Origin: the human T2T-CHM13v2.0 reference genome, Homo sapiens
Assembly: GCF_009914755.1 (NCBI RefSeq)
Contig: NC_060931.1
Direction: 5' to 3' (one strand)
DNA length: 64,000 nucleotides
The notes under the pieces: generated by a model
What the model was told of the DNA's origin: nothing
The model's database searches: none
The model's input: only the letters and a program-made list of their open reading frames with translations
Shown: in pieces, positions 12,590 to 28,080 of the stretch
Position numbering within the stretch: position 1 is the stretch's first letter
Layout of the letters: each line of letters begins with the position of its first letter
Program-made: the position numbers and the translations under genes

Positions 12590-15172
12590 GATTCCAAGTA
12601 ATCAAAACAATATTTAAAAAGAAGAACAAAGTTGCAGGATTCACATTTCCTAATTTTACAACTTACTGAAAAGCTATGGTAATCAAAACCATATACTGGG
12701 CTCGGGTAGACATATAGAACAATTGAATAGAATTGAGAATCTAAAAATAAACCTATATACTTATGGCCAATTGATTTTCCCACAAGAGTGTTAAGACCAT
12801 TCAATAGAAAAAGAATAGTTTCTTCAACAAATAGTGCTGAATCCCTGGATATCCACACACAAAACAACAAAGCTAGACTCCTTTGCATATACAAGAATTA
12901 ATTCAGAAGGGATCAAAAGCCAAAGATATAAGAGCTTAAACCATAAAACTCTTGGAAGAAAACATAGGAGTAAGTCTTTATGGTCTTAGATTTAGCATTG
13001 GACTCTTAGACACCAAAAGCATAAGCAGAAAAGAAAAAAGATAAATAGGACTTCACACAGATGTAACATTTTTGTACATCAAAGGACATTATTTTAAAAA
13101 GTGAAGACAGTCTGCAGAAGATAAAATTATTTGCCAATCATATATCTGATAAAGATCTAGTATCCAAAATATATAAATAACACAACTCAACAATAAAAAG
13201 ACAAAAATTCCAATTTAGAAATGGGCAAAGTGCTTGAATATACAAATGACTGGCAATCAAAAAATTTTCAACGTGGTTAGTCGTTAGAGAAATACAAATC
13301 AAAACTACAATGAAATACCACTTCATCCCCACCGGGGTAGTTACAATTTTAAAAAAGGAAAATAAAGTGATTAATTTTATGTTATGTGAATTTCACCTCA
13401 ACAAATTTGTAGTTCCCTCTCACCACTCCTTTTCAACATAGTGCTGAAAGTCCTGGCTAATGCAATAAGACAAGAAAGTGTAGTAAAATGTATTGAGAAG
13501 GAAGAAATATACCTGTCTTTGTTCACAGATGACATGATTATCTAAGTAGAAAATGGGAAAGGCTTCCAGAGCTAGTAAGTGATTATAACAAGGTTGCAGG
13601 ATACAAGGTTAATATACAAAAGTTAATCACTTTCCTTTATATCAGCAGTGAACAAGTGGAATTTGAAATTAAAAATACAATACCATTTATATTAACATCC
13701 CCCCAAAATGAAATATTTAGATGTAAATCTAACAAAAATATGTATAAGATCAATGTGAGGAAAACTATCAAATTTGAAGGAAATCAGGGAAGAATTTAAT
13801 AAATGAAGAGATTTCCATGTTCATGGATAGGAAGACCCACTATTGTCAAGATGTCAGTTTTTCCCAAGTTGATCTGTAGATTCAATGCAGTCCCAACAAA
13901 CGGATCCTAAAGTTTGGAGAGGCAAAAGACCTAGGAGAGCTAACACAATATTGAAGGAAAAGAACAAAGTTAAAGTACTAATACTAACTGACTTCAAGAC
14001 TTAGTATAAAGTGACAATAATCAAGACAGTATAGTATTGGCAAAAGAATGTACAAATTAATCAGTGGAACAGAACAGAGAACCCGGTAACAGCCCCACTT
14101 AAATGCAGTTAACTGATCTTTGACAGAAGAGAAAAGGTAACACAATGAAGTAAAGATGGTCTTTTCAACAAATGGTGCTGGAAAAACTAGGTATCTGAAA
14201 AATGAATCTAGAAATGGACATTTTATTTTTCACAAAAATTAACTCAAAATAGATCACAGATATAAATGTAAAACACAAAACTGTAAAATTCCTAGGCGAT
14301 AACATGGGAGAAAATCTAGATGACCTTGGATTTGGTGATAACTTTTTAGATGTAACACCAAAGGCACATCCATGAAAGAATTGATAAGCTGGACTTCATT
14401 AAAATTAAAAATTTCTTTGCTGCAAAAGACACTGTGAGCAGAATGAAAAGACAGGCTCAGACTGGGAGGAAATATTTGCAAAAGACACAGCTGATAAAGG
14501 ACTGTTATCCAAAATATACAAAGAACTCAACAGTAGTAAACCATCAGATTAAAAAATTGGACCAAAGATGTTAACAGACACCTCACTGAAGAAGATATAC
14601 AAATGGCACACAAGCATATGAAAAGATGCTCCACATCACATGTCATCAGGGAAATGCAACTTAAAACAGCAATGAGATAGTACTACACATCTATTAGAAT
14701 GGCCAAAATTTGAAACACTGACAACACCAAATGCTGGTGAACATAGGTGGTTCAACAACTCATTGCTGATGAGAATGCAAAATGCAAAATGTTACAGCCA
14801 CTTTAGAAGATTGTTTAGTGGTGTCTTTTACAACTAAACATACTCTTACCATCCTCTCCAGTAGTCATGCTCCTTGGTATTTACCCAAAGGAGTTGAAAA
14901 CTTAGGTCCACACAGAAACCTGTACACAGGTATTTGTAGCAGCTTTATTCAAAATTGCCAAAACTTGGAAGCAACCAAGATGTTGTTCAGTATGTGAATG
15001 GATAAATAAACTGGTACATCTAGACAGTGGACAAAATGAGTGATCTAGTTATGAAAAGACATGGAAGACATGGAAGAACCTTAAATGCATAATACTAAGT
15101 GAAAGAAGCCAATGTGGAAAGGCTATGTGCTGCATGATTCCAACTATTTAACGTTCTGGAAAAGGCAAAATT
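12590..15172 (+). mobile_element. Old L1M (L1MB/L1MC-like) ORF2 and 3' fragments
   Basis: L1 ORF2 hallmarks (tcttcaacaaatagtgctg, catggataggaagac, caatgagatagtactacacatctattagaatggc, gaaagaagccaatgtggaaaggct); at least two stacked fragments. Confidence 0.8.
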
Positions 15173-16221
15173 ATTTGCAAGGCAGCCCTTGTCACCGCTA
15201 GACAGCTCTCATTCCTAGGCAGGTCTTTATATTCTGCCAAAACCTCCATGAAACTTCCACCCAACAGTCCCAGTTATGGCCTCTAGAACTACTGATGTCA
15301 TGGTTTGAACAGAAGATAACTGGTGTATTCTCATATAGGTCTTTTCTGTCACCTAAACGCCTTGTTTCCTGAAATTCCCTCATTGCAGGTTTTCACATTT
15401 CTTGATTACCCTTCTTTGAGTGTTCTCTCGCTGCCAGTGACTCCTTTGAAAGACAGATGTCTGAAAATCCCTACATGCCTACAACAGCAGAGCTTTTTGG
15501 TGAATGGATATATGACAGCTTATTTATCCAGTGCCCTGTTGATAAACTGTTAGTTTGTTTCCAGTCTTCTGCTATTGTGATGCAAAGAAAAATGGTGATG
15601 CATTTTATAAATATCTATATAGTAACTTCCTAGAAAAGGAACAGTGAGGTGGAAGATCATGCATATCTAAAATTTTATTAAATTTTGACAAATGGCTTTT
15701 TTAGAGTTTGTTCCATTTTACCTTCTCACCGGAAGTCTGTGTGAGAATGCCTCTTTTCCCACACGGTCTCCAACACAGTGTGATATTCTAACATTTGTAT
15801 CTTTTTGAATCTGGCGAGTGAAAAGTGGCATCTCATTTCGATTTTAATTTGGATTTCTCTTCATTTTCAGAGAAGTTGAGTAACTTTTCATGTTTTTAAG
15901 AATCCTCCTTTCTCTTTTCTGGAAGCTTTGCAGATCTTTTATCTTTAGTGTTCTAAAAATACATTATTTCATCCTAGTGTGGGGATTTATGGTCATTGAC
16001 TGTGCTGGGCACTTGAGTGTGCCCTTTTGGTCTGAAAACCTGTGTTTTCAGACCAAAATTTTCTTTGGGTCTAGAAAATTCATCCTGTATTGTTTATATT
16101 TCCTCCTTTTTGTTTTCTCTTTTACTGTCTCTGGCACTCCTTTCTTTTCATCTCTTTATTGACTTTTTTTGAGGTGTTTGGTTTTAATTTTTTTAACTCT
16201 TTTATTTACCTTTAAAAAAAT

Positions 16222-16478
16222 TGTAATGGTGGATACATGTCTTTACACATTTGTCAAACCCATAGAATGTACAACACCAATAGCAAACCCTAATATAAAC
16301 TATGGACTTTGAATGATAATAATGTCAGTATAGATTCAGCAGTTGTAACAAATATGCCACTCCAGTGGAGGATGTTTATCTTGGGGGAGTCTGTGTCATG
16401 TGTTGGGGTAGAGGATATGTGGAGTATGTCTATACTTTCTGATTAATGTTCCTATGAGCTTAAAACTGCTCTAAAAAA
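16222..16478 (+). mobile_element. L1MC-like 3' UTR end
   Basis: ggtggatacatgtc...cccatagaatgtacaacacc...aaactatggacttt...aaaactgctctaaaa. Confidence 0.7.
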
Positions 16479-16484
16479 TTCTAT

Positions 16485-17047
<563 letters not shown>

Positions 17048-18915
17048 AAAAAAAATCTATTTTAAAGAAAAAAAAATGACAATCATATTTTTAATTTCCA
17101 AGCTACCCATTTTTCTCTGATTTGCTCTTTTCCTAACATCCTATTTTTTTTTGGTCTCATGGATATAATATCATCTTAAATGTCTCTGCAAAAGCTCTCT
17201 ACAGTTCCTGAAATATCTATCTCATGTGTTGTCATTTTGCTGTTTATCTTAGTCTTGTAGGCTACCAGGGGAGCAACATAAAGCTGATTTAGAGCTCTGA
17301 GTAAGTAGGGCAGGCCTGTCAACCAGTGCACTGTTTAGCTTGAGCTGACAGGGAGCCAGCTGTTACATTGGGGAACCCCTAAGTCCTACCAAATGAAGGT
17401 TTTTGTTCTAGGGCACCAGTGTTCACAGTATCTGTTCTAGTTCTAATTTGTTTAGTTTCTCTCTAATCTTTTGTCTGGGAGGAGTTGAGGGTCCACATTT
17501 GGCTGCTAGGCATTCTGTATTAGGGTAGAGGGATTTTGAAGGAAGGTGTCAACTAATCTCTGCAGGACTTTAAATCAGTCCGCTTGTCTTTAGCTTTGTG
17601 TCTCAGTCCCATGCTGGCAGAACCAGATGTTACCCACTTTGGACCCTCTTGGTGCTCTGCAAGGCATGTTGGCCCCTCCACACTGCAGTCTCACCTGTGC
17701 GACTTGGGGCAGCTCTCTCTGCCACTTGTTACTTACCTTCGCCCTGAAACTCTCTCATCCATCAGTTGTCCCTTCCTGTACTCTATACTATTGTAGATTC
17801 ATATCTTCATATGCCTTGTAACATTTTCATGCGGTCTCAAAAGGGAGAGAATCACATGTGATCTGTTATCCTCTTTATTCAGAATATCTTGTTTCTTCAA
17901 CCTGTGTTTTCCACTTGCATCTTTTTTCCCCTTTGAATCTATCTTCAACTCTTTAGTTTATGTATAATAGTAATTGATTTTGGCATGGGCAGTTAGCATT
18001 ATACCTTTTGTATGCCCATAAGGAGTGACCTGACCAAGGGCTCAGAGCTAATAAGTAGCAGAACAAATAACCCTCTAAATCTTTAGACTTTTCCATTGTA
18101 TTGTATTATTTCCTCATATCCATTTATTCTGTCTTTTCAAAGTTCTTTGAATTATTCCTGTATTTGTTCTGATTAAAGATTTCTTTCACCTCCTAGTTTA
18201 TTCTCATCAGTTTGAAGTTTATCCTTGAGCCTTGTCAATCACACTTTGACAGAATAAAAATTTTACATAGTTTAATTAGTTGTTGAATAGTATTTTTGAT
18301 GTTTCTGACAAATCTGCCCTAGTGAGCTCAGTGGATGCAGCTTGAAGCCAACCTTAATGACAGTGAATAGTGACAGAATATTTGCCACAGTCATTTTTGT
18401 TTTACTTTGTTGTTTTTCTTTTTTGTTCTGTTTTGATTTTGGTGCTAAACCAAAAAGAAGATTGGAATCAGGATCTAAATTCACCAAGTATTTAGGTTAT
18501 CTGTACACAAATTTTAGTGATGACTAATATAAGGAAGTTTTTAAAAATGGGTATCTTTAAAAGAAATTTGAAATAATTCCTTACTAACCTGATCCTTTTT
18601 AGTTGCTAAGATTATATTTCACAAGGTATATGGTGGTTTGGTGGTTAAATTTTCATTTTAAAGTGGTGATAGTTGCAAATATTCTAAAATAGACTAATTA
18701 TAATTACTTTCATTCAAATACTGAATGTGAGAGTATATAATCATCTTATTTGTATGTGGTAAGAAAGACTACTATGTATTTTTCTGACAACATTTAGTGG
18801 TAGTTATGATTATTTCCATTTCTTTGGACTTGTTCACAGAAATATAACTGTGGTTACTTAAGAAAACATGTTCTAGATAAACATAAAGATTATATCCCAT
18901 CTTTTTTAAAAATAG

Positions 18916-19022
18916 GAGCAGATGTCTCAAGTATTAGATGCCATGTTTGAAAAATTGGTCAAAGATGGGGAGCATGTAATTGATCAAGGTGACGATGGTG
19001 ACAACTTTTATGTAATTGATAG
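18916..19022 (+). CDS. PRKAR2B: PRKAR2B exon 5 ([36 protein letters not shown]; start of CNB-A)
   Basis: aaatag|GAG...GATAG|gtaagt; 107 nt, phase 0/2; QGDDGDNFY motif of cyclic-nucleotide-binding domains. Confidence 0.97.
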
Positions 19023-19477
19023 GTAAGTTTTGCCCAACCTTACTATTGAAATTGAAAGAACCTTTTGTATAAAATCTCAACCATTATTACGGCAACTGAC
19101 AGGTTAATATAGGATAGTTGTTATTGCCGCTACTCTTATTATTACATAATAGGCACTGTAAACCTGTTGTGAGTACATGCAGTGAAACCACAGTGGATCA
19201 TGAAAAGAGACATAGTTTATAGAGGAACTAATGACTTTTGGTTAGTCTAATCTGTAAATGTCAGTCATTTAACATGAGCATCTTCATTTGCTGAATTCTA
19301 ATTGAGAGATATTATGTAGTAGTATTAGTATGTACTAGATGCCTGTTACAGTGAGAACAGCAGTATAATATAACATCTGAGATATTAATTCACAGTAGAC
19401 CTCAATTGGTATTTCTTAAAAGGTTCTTTTTTTATAAACTGTGTAAAACATGCTCATGGTTTAAAAAATTCAAAATT

Positions 19478-19840
<363 letters not shown>

Positions 19841-20715
19841 CTACTGCTTTAACATCATCCAGTCCACATAAGTAAGTAGTTTGTGCATCCTTCCAAGAAT
19901 TGTATATTATTATATTTGTCTTAAAAAAACTCTATAATTATTTAAAGAAGTCTTGCATTTATGTTGAAAATCTGTTTTCAGGAAATTTAAGTTGTGCTTT
20001 ACCTCATCATAGAACAATATGCCTTATGCAATAGATGAATCCTGAAATCTAACAGCAGAGCAGCCTGAGCTGAGTCCTTATTTCTTCACTTTTGTAAAAC
20101 AATGATAAGTGTTCATGAGACAATTGGCATCCCTGACCCCTCCCCTTGTGTGTGGAACGCAGGTCCTCTCCCAGCCTGACTTACTGGGTTACGTTTGCTC
20201 TCTGGGCTGGGTTGTGTTCACCTCAGAGGTCTTGGTGAAAATGACCTCTTTGGTCTCCTGAAGCCTCATTTCGTTATTTTGGCTCTGTGGGTGGTATCTT
20301 TCATGCGTCAGTCGAGCATGCTGTTTAAATCAAGAGTTGTCACTGATTCTCCCATTCCCTCATCCCAAATTCCTGGTGACCTGTGGCTGAAGCACTAGCC
20401 AGGATTTTAGAATAGAATAAACCAGTTATCTATATGTGAATCAAAGTAATGATTTTTATATCATTAATAGCTATCATCACTGAAACACCTCAGAAATGCA
20501 CCTAAGTGTGTTTAATTGTAGAGGTGTATGAGAAGCCCTAACCCTCTATGATCTTAACCATTTAGTGGGGATTTTTGACTTTCAAAACTGCCTTACATTT
20601 GTATATAGTGTATTCCCTTTTCAGTTAGATCCTAGTCACCCATTTGGTAGATGAGAACATGCAGGCCCACAGAAGTGACAGCACTTGGTTCAGATCACCC
20701 AAATGACTGGCGTAG

Positions 20716-21156
<441 letters not shown>

Positions 21157-21306
21157 TAGACTGATGTGATTTCAACTGGACTGATAGCTCATTTTACTTC
21201 TCCTCGGCACATTTGGCTTTGTTTTACCCTATTCAAAGTAGCCGAGTGTAGAGAACAGTTTCAGCGCAAAAGTATAAATAGTGTAAATCGAAGAGTTTAA
21301 TCTGTA

Positions 21307-22028
21307 CAGCATTGCTAGTCTGAAAATCTGAAATTCTCCAAACTCCAAAGCATTTTGAGCATCAACATGATGGCACAAGTGGAAATTCCACACCTGACCT
21401 CATGTGATGGTTTACAGTCAAAATGCAGGCACACAACAGCTTATTCAGCATCCCCGAAGGGGTTAGTGTACGAGGTACAGTAACTTTAATCAGAATATAG
21501 CATTGTAGGTGGAGACTGCAAGCCTGCCATTGTTTGTGGTTGCTCTTGTTTGGCAGCTGGTGCAGGTATTCTGGGGATGCTACTATGCTGCTTAGTTGCC
21601 CCAAACACATTAGTTTTTACTGTGTTAATGGTATGTCTTATTTTTTACTGTTAAGTACTTATGTGTGAATACAAGTAAAAAATGATGGCTTATTGGTAGC
21701 ATATAAATTCAGAGTCAGGAATGATGGTAATGCTGAACAACCACAGATTGTCCACATGGGTGGTTGAGATAATGACACCTTTGCTTTCTGGTGGTTCAAT
21801 GTACACAAATTTGGTTTCATGTACAAAATTACCCAAAATATTAAATAAAATTATATTGAGGCTGTGTGTATAAGGTATATATGAAACATAAACTGATTTT
21901 GTATTTAGACTTGGGTCTCATTCCCAAGATACCTCATTCTATATATGCAAATATTCTAAAATCTGAAAATATCTAAAATCTATAACACTTCTGGTCCCAA
22001 GAATTTTGGATGAGGGAAACTAACCCTG
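21307..22028. mobile_element. Tigger4 (Zombi)-family internally deleted DNA transposon
   Basis: Flanked by TA; terminus acacttctggtcccaagaattttggatgagggaaactaaccctg resembles the Tigger4 TIR. Confidence 0.75.
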
Positions 22029-22122
22029 TACTTGAAAAATGATTATCCATGGGACAAATTCTAGTAGTTTCCCTTGAAACAGTCATTCTATCCGTGAATG
22101 ACATTGAAAACCAATTCTTTTC

Positions 22123-22124
<2 letters not shown>

Positions 22125-22153
<29 letters not shown>

Positions 22154-22442
22154 TTTTTGAGGTGGAGTCTTGCTCTTGTTGCCCAGGCTGGAGTGCAGTG
22201 GCGCAATCTCAGCTCACTGCACCCACTGTCCTCCTGGGTTCAGGTGATTCTTCTTCCTCAACCTCCCGAGTAGCTGGGATTACAGGTGACTGCCACCACG
22301 CCTGGCTAATTTTTTTGTATTTTTAGTAGAGACGGGGTTTCACCATGTTGGCCAGGCTGGTCTCAAACTCCTGACCTTGTGATCTGCCCACCTTGGCCTC
22401 CTAAAGTTCTGGGATTACAGGCGTGAACCACTGTGCCTGGCC
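22125..22442 (-). mobile_element. AluS with a (TTTA)n tail
   Basis: Degenerate TSD tgaaa(a/g)ccaatt(c/a)ttttctt. Confidence 0.93.
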
Positions 22443-22446
22443 ATGA

Positions 22447-22827
<381 letters not shown>

Positions 22828-23185
22828 TAATGTTAAAAGCCACTTTTTTTTTTTTTTTTTTTTTTTTAGCAGCACGTCCCCACTCTTTGTCTGTGTTAGG
22901 GTTTAGTCAACAGAATAAAGCCAAAGAATTTTTTCTATCTGCCCTCACAGGTGCAAGCCTTGAAAGCATGTTCTCTGATAAAATACAGTATGCGGAAAGT
23001 CAGTCATCCACACAAAGAATGCAGTTTACGTGAATATAGGGTCTGGGTAATAGGAAGTGCAGTGACATGCAAACTGAACCTTATTTGCCTAGAAAAAGAA
23101 CCCCAGTTAAAAGATAAGCACCAAAAAACTATAAAAAGACCAGAGTTAGATATCTAGTCTGAATTTCTACTTTTTAACTTTAGAA

Positions 23186-23395
23186 TGGGGGTTGATCTAA
23201 AGTAAAGGGCCAGAGAGTAAATATTTTTGGCTTTGCAGGCCAATATGTTCTCTGTTGTAACTACTCAACTCTGCAGTTGTAGCATAAAACCAGCCATAGA
23301 TAACACATAAACAAACAAGAGTGTTTATATTGCAGTGAAACTTTATTTACAAAAGCAGATAGCCAGTTTGTGGGCTATAGTTTGCCAACGTCTGC
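23186..23395. mobile_element. MER58A-like hAT MITE
   Basis: aagggccagagagtaaatattttt...actactcaactctgc...tagtttgccaac. Confidence 0.7.
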
Positions 23396-23627
23396 TATAG
23401 ATTATAAAGGACCCTAGTAAGTTTTGTAGAGTAGTGGCTAACCAAATTGCTATAGCTAGATTCTTTTTAAAAAGTTATTTTCTTCTGATCACAAAAGTAA
23501 TAATATGTTCATGTTACAAACAGAAACTCTTAAATTAGATAGCGAATATGCCTAGAATCCCTCACTATTCTTATGCTTTTAGATAACTACAGTCAGTGAT
23601 TTGATAAATGTTTCTTCAGATGATTTT

Positions 23628-24087
<460 letters not shown>

Positions 24088-24361
24088 TCTCCAGATGGTT
24101 TTTTATGCATATACTATTTGGTTGTAGTCTTTAGTTATAGTTTTATCATTCCTTATTCAAAATTTTTATTGTTTAGTCCCATTTTTCCCAGCAGGCACAT
24201 GGTCTGGAACAGATGGCACAGATTGATTCCCCTTTATTGTCATCGGAGGGGATAACAGGCTGGAAATAAGATTTTTATTTCACAGGGCTCTTTTCTGAAA
24301 TAATGTTTTATTTTAATGATATTTTATTTGAATTAACCTCCAATCTACATATGTCCAACAG

Positions 24362-24515
24362 AGGCACATTTGATATTTATGTGAAATGTGATGGTGTTGG
24401 AAGATGTGTTGGTAACTATGATAATCGTGGGAGTTTCGGCGAACTGGCCTTAATGTACAATACACCCAGAGCAGCTACAATCACTGCTACCTCTCCTGGT
24501 GCTCTGTGGGGTTTG
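24362..24515 (+). CDS. PRKAR2B: PRKAR2B exon 6 (CNB-A phosphate-binding cassette [15 protein letters not shown])
   Basis: caacag|AGGC...GGTTTG|gtgagt; 154 nt, phase 2/0; lies inside ORF 24303..24536. Confidence 0.97.
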
Positions 24516-24871
24516 GTGAGTAAAATACTTATTTGACCTGAATGTTATGATTTGTAGCAACTGCTATGACGGTGTTACAAATTGCCGCATGTAGTATTTT
24601 AATTTAAAGATCATCAGTCATCAGGTAATTTATTAAGCAGCCACTGAATGCTGAACTGTAGGGCACTAAGACTGCACTAAGTCAGATCCTGATGTCATTG
24701 CCCCCACTCCTCCAGTCCAGTCAGGAGCTTGGGACCTGGTGGCCCAGGAAAGACACTCAGATTCAGAATGCTCCTGTCTTACCCACTCTTAGAAAATAAC
24801 CAGCCATACAAACACAGCCTTAAGTACTTTTTCTCAGATAGCTTTCTGAGGTAAGTATTATAATCTGATAA

Positions 24872-25006
24872 AGTGGTGGCTCCCAGAGTGTGGTCCCCTG
24901 AACACTGGCAGCTGTATCACTTGGGAACTTTTTAGAAATGCCCATTCTGGGGCCCCACCCACTGATTCTGACCTACTGCATCAGAAATTCGGAGTTTGAG
25001 AAACCA
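24872..25006. mobile_element. MER5A-like relic
   Basis: agtgtggtcccctg...atcacttgggaactttttagaaatgc...agtttgagaaacca. Confidence 0.65.
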
Positions 25007-25154
25007 GTATAAAAGGATGCTCTTGGTGCTATAAATTGATTGGTAACTACTCTGCATTTAAAAGCAGTTGTGTAGGGAAAAAATGCTTGGTGGCTGTGCT
25101 CATGTGCCCCACATCAGAATTACCTGGAGTATCTTTTAAAATCCTCTTACCTAG

Positions 25155-25368
25155 CCACGAGGTCAGGAGATCGAGACCACGGTGAAACCCCGTCTCTACT
25201 AAAAATACAAAAAATTAGCCGGGCACGGTCGTGGGTGCCTGTAGTCCCAGCTACTCAGGAGGCTGAGGCAGGAGAATGGCATGAACCCGGGAGGCGGAGC
25301 TTGCAGTGAAGCTGAGATTGCACCACTGCACTCCAGCCTGGGCGACAGAGCGAGACTCTGTCTCAAAA
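25155..25368 (+). mobile_element. 5'-truncated AluY carrying the 12-bp left-arm deletion (AluYd-like)
   Basis: gagaccacggtgaaacccc lacks tcctggctaaca; perfect 17-bp TSD AAAATCCTCTTACCTAG (25138-25154 and 25369-25385). Confidence 0.85.
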
Positions 25369-25582
25369 AAAATCCTCTTACCTAGACCTCACCATGGGCA
25401 AATTGATCAGAATCTTCAGCACTGGGACCTGAGCATTAGTACTTTTAAATACATTTCTTAATGTGGTATTCCCGCAAGACTTAAAAGCTGGTTTAAAGAT
25501 ACATTCGGGCAATATTTTCACATATGATAGGATGCAAATTATTAGGCACTACTAAAGCTCCTTCTGGAGGATTGTATTTAAG

Positions 25583-25730
25583 GTAGTGATTCTCAAACTT
25601 TAATATGCTTACAAATCACCTGGGAATCCAGTTAAAATGCAGATTCTGATTCAGTGGTTCTGGGGTGAGGCCCGTGATTTTTGCATTTCTCATCAGCTCC
25701 CAGGAGATGGCAGTACTGCCTGATGTCAGG
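25583..25730. mobile_element. MER5-family relic
   Basis: agtgattctcaaactt...gttaaaatgcagattctgattcagtgg...gctcccagg. Confidence 0.7.
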
Positions 25731-27376
25731 CCAAACCTTAAACAGCATCGATTTAGGGAAATGTTTACAGTATATGTATTTTCTTTTAAAATTGTTGAAA
25801 ATAGCCCACCCACTAGTTTTGACATGCATTTATTGGGTTATTTCTCTCAAATCCTTTTGTGGAAAGAGAAGAGGTTGAAGTAAATATGAAGTCTGTTAAA
25901 AGTCTCATTTCCAAGGACTACTGTATATAGCATTGTGGAAGTCACACATTATTTAGTCACAGTTCAGCATTTGACTCTGAAGTCAATTCAGCTGATAAAA
26001 AATATCTCTTGATCAAAGAGACAAGACATTTTACATTTCTTTTAATTGGAACCAGTTATTATATACTTATTTAAAAATGTGATGAGTCACTTTTTTAAGG
26101 TTTAGAGGAAAAGCTGAATTGTCTCAGGAAAAGGAAAGAACTGTCAGTGATTTGAATACCCAAAGCCAGCAAAGAAAAAACTTCAAACCAGGACAGTCCT
26201 TCACCCACAGAAGTCTTTGTCTGCCTGTCATTAAAGTGGTGGGATAAATCTAGCATCTGCCATGACCTGTTTTATTCAGGAAGGTTTACTTTTCAAATGT
26301 AGTCATTCCAATGGGGTTGCCGTTCAGATTCAGATTGTCAGATTGTCACACAGTGAGGAAACTGCCTCCTTGCACATCTTCAGAATAAGATCAACTGTTT
26401 TATAGGTTGGCCTCTTTGAATACTGATAGTTTTTAGCCCTTGTAGAAACTTTAATGGGGTATAAAAGACCCAGAATTTCCTAGTGCACGTACTACTTAAG
26501 TTCCTAAGATAGGATTAAGCATTTTCAGAGCTTTTTAGTAGTCTATACATGTTATTAAATTTTATAAAAATGGGCAGTTTGTGATAATCCTCCTGACATA
26601 TAATAGCTTTCTAAAAAAGTTAGAATAATTAACATAATTACTTAGTATTTCAAGCCTACTTTTTAAGGGTGACTTGACTAATTATAATAACTCCTTCTCA
26701 GGGAGAGTCGAGTAGAAAATAAATTTTTCTTTTAAGGTCAACAGACTGGAGGTCTGCCTGTTAAATACAGGTGTGTAAAGATAAGCAAAAAAAGCCCAAG
26801 AGAAAAGTCCATTGCAGAATAGTCTCACTCTGTAAATAATATTTGGTCACTATTAGCCTTAGGGCTAACATGATCTACGTGACTATACTGATGATTTGGA
26901 AAGGTGATTTTTGAAATGGCTTCAGGATGAAAGTATTTGAAATTCTGGACTTTATATGTCACAGTGGGTGTGAAGAGGTAGGTTACTAATGGAAAATTCT
27001 TTCTGAGAGATATAACTGATTATGATTAGTTTCTAAATCATTAAGCTATTTTGAGTCTTCTCTGTTTTGCAATAACCGCTGTCCATACAATGGTGTTATA
27101 CCTGATTTCCAAACCTGATTACATATCAGAATCACTTTGGGAGCATTTATGAATTATTGAGCCCTACATGCAGAGATCTTGAGTCATTAAGGTCTGGTGT
27201 CTCAGAAATCTTTTTTAATACTATAGCTTATTCTGATGCAGAGCCAGGCTTGGAAATAATTTCAATATTTGTGCTAATTATCTTGTAAAATTTTCTTTTA
27301 AAAAAAGTATTAGGAGTAAAACAAGTCCAAATTACAGCCAATACCAAATTGGGAAACAAGATGTTTAATTTCCTAG

Positions 27377-27744
27377 TGTCTTAGTCCTTTTGGGGTGCTA
27401 TGACAGACTGTTATAGAATGGGTGGCTTAAGCAGCATACATTTATTTCTCATGGTCTGGACGCTGAGAAGTCCAAGATCAAGGCACCAGAAGATTCGGTG
27501 TCTGGTGAGGGCTTGTTTTCCTGTTTAACAGACAGCGTCTTCTACTTGTGTTCTCACATGGTGGAAGGGGCAAGGGAGCTCATTGGGATCTCTTTTATAA
27601 GGACATTAATCCCATTCATGAGGGCTCCAGCCTCATGACCTAACCATCTTCCAAAGGCTCCACCACCTAATACTATCCTGGGTGATTAGGATTTCAACAG
27701 AGGGATTTTAGAGTGATAGAAACATTCAGTTGCAGTCCATCACA
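27377..27744 (-). mobile_element. MLT1A-family solo LTR (MaLR)
   Basis: TG...CA ends, 5-bp TSD CCTAG (27372-27376 and 27745-27749); aagtccaagatcaaggcacca and taatcccattcatgagggctcc. Confidence 0.85.
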
Positions 27745-27823
27745 CCTAGAGACTTTCATCTATACTGGCATTTTTCTCCATTGCACTAGTTCATTTAAAT
27801 TCAGCCTTATTATGTTGGCATAA

Positions 27824-28080
27824 GAAAGAATGAATAAGACCTAGTATTTGGTAGCACAATAGGGTGACCATAGTCAATAATAAAATTGTATATTTTAAAA
27901 TAAATGTAATTGGATTTTTTGTAACTCAAAGGATAGATGCTTGAGGGGGCAGATACCCCATTCTCTATGATGTGCATATTTCATGTTGCATGCCTGTATC
28001 AGAACATCTCATGTACCCCATAAATATACACCTACTATGTACCCACAAAAATTAAAAATAAAAGTAAAAAAAAATTAAAA
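27824..28080 (+). mobile_element. L1MA 3' end
   Basis: gaatgaataagacctagtatttg...catgtaccccataaatatacacctactatgtaccc followed by an A-tail. Confidence 0.8.
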
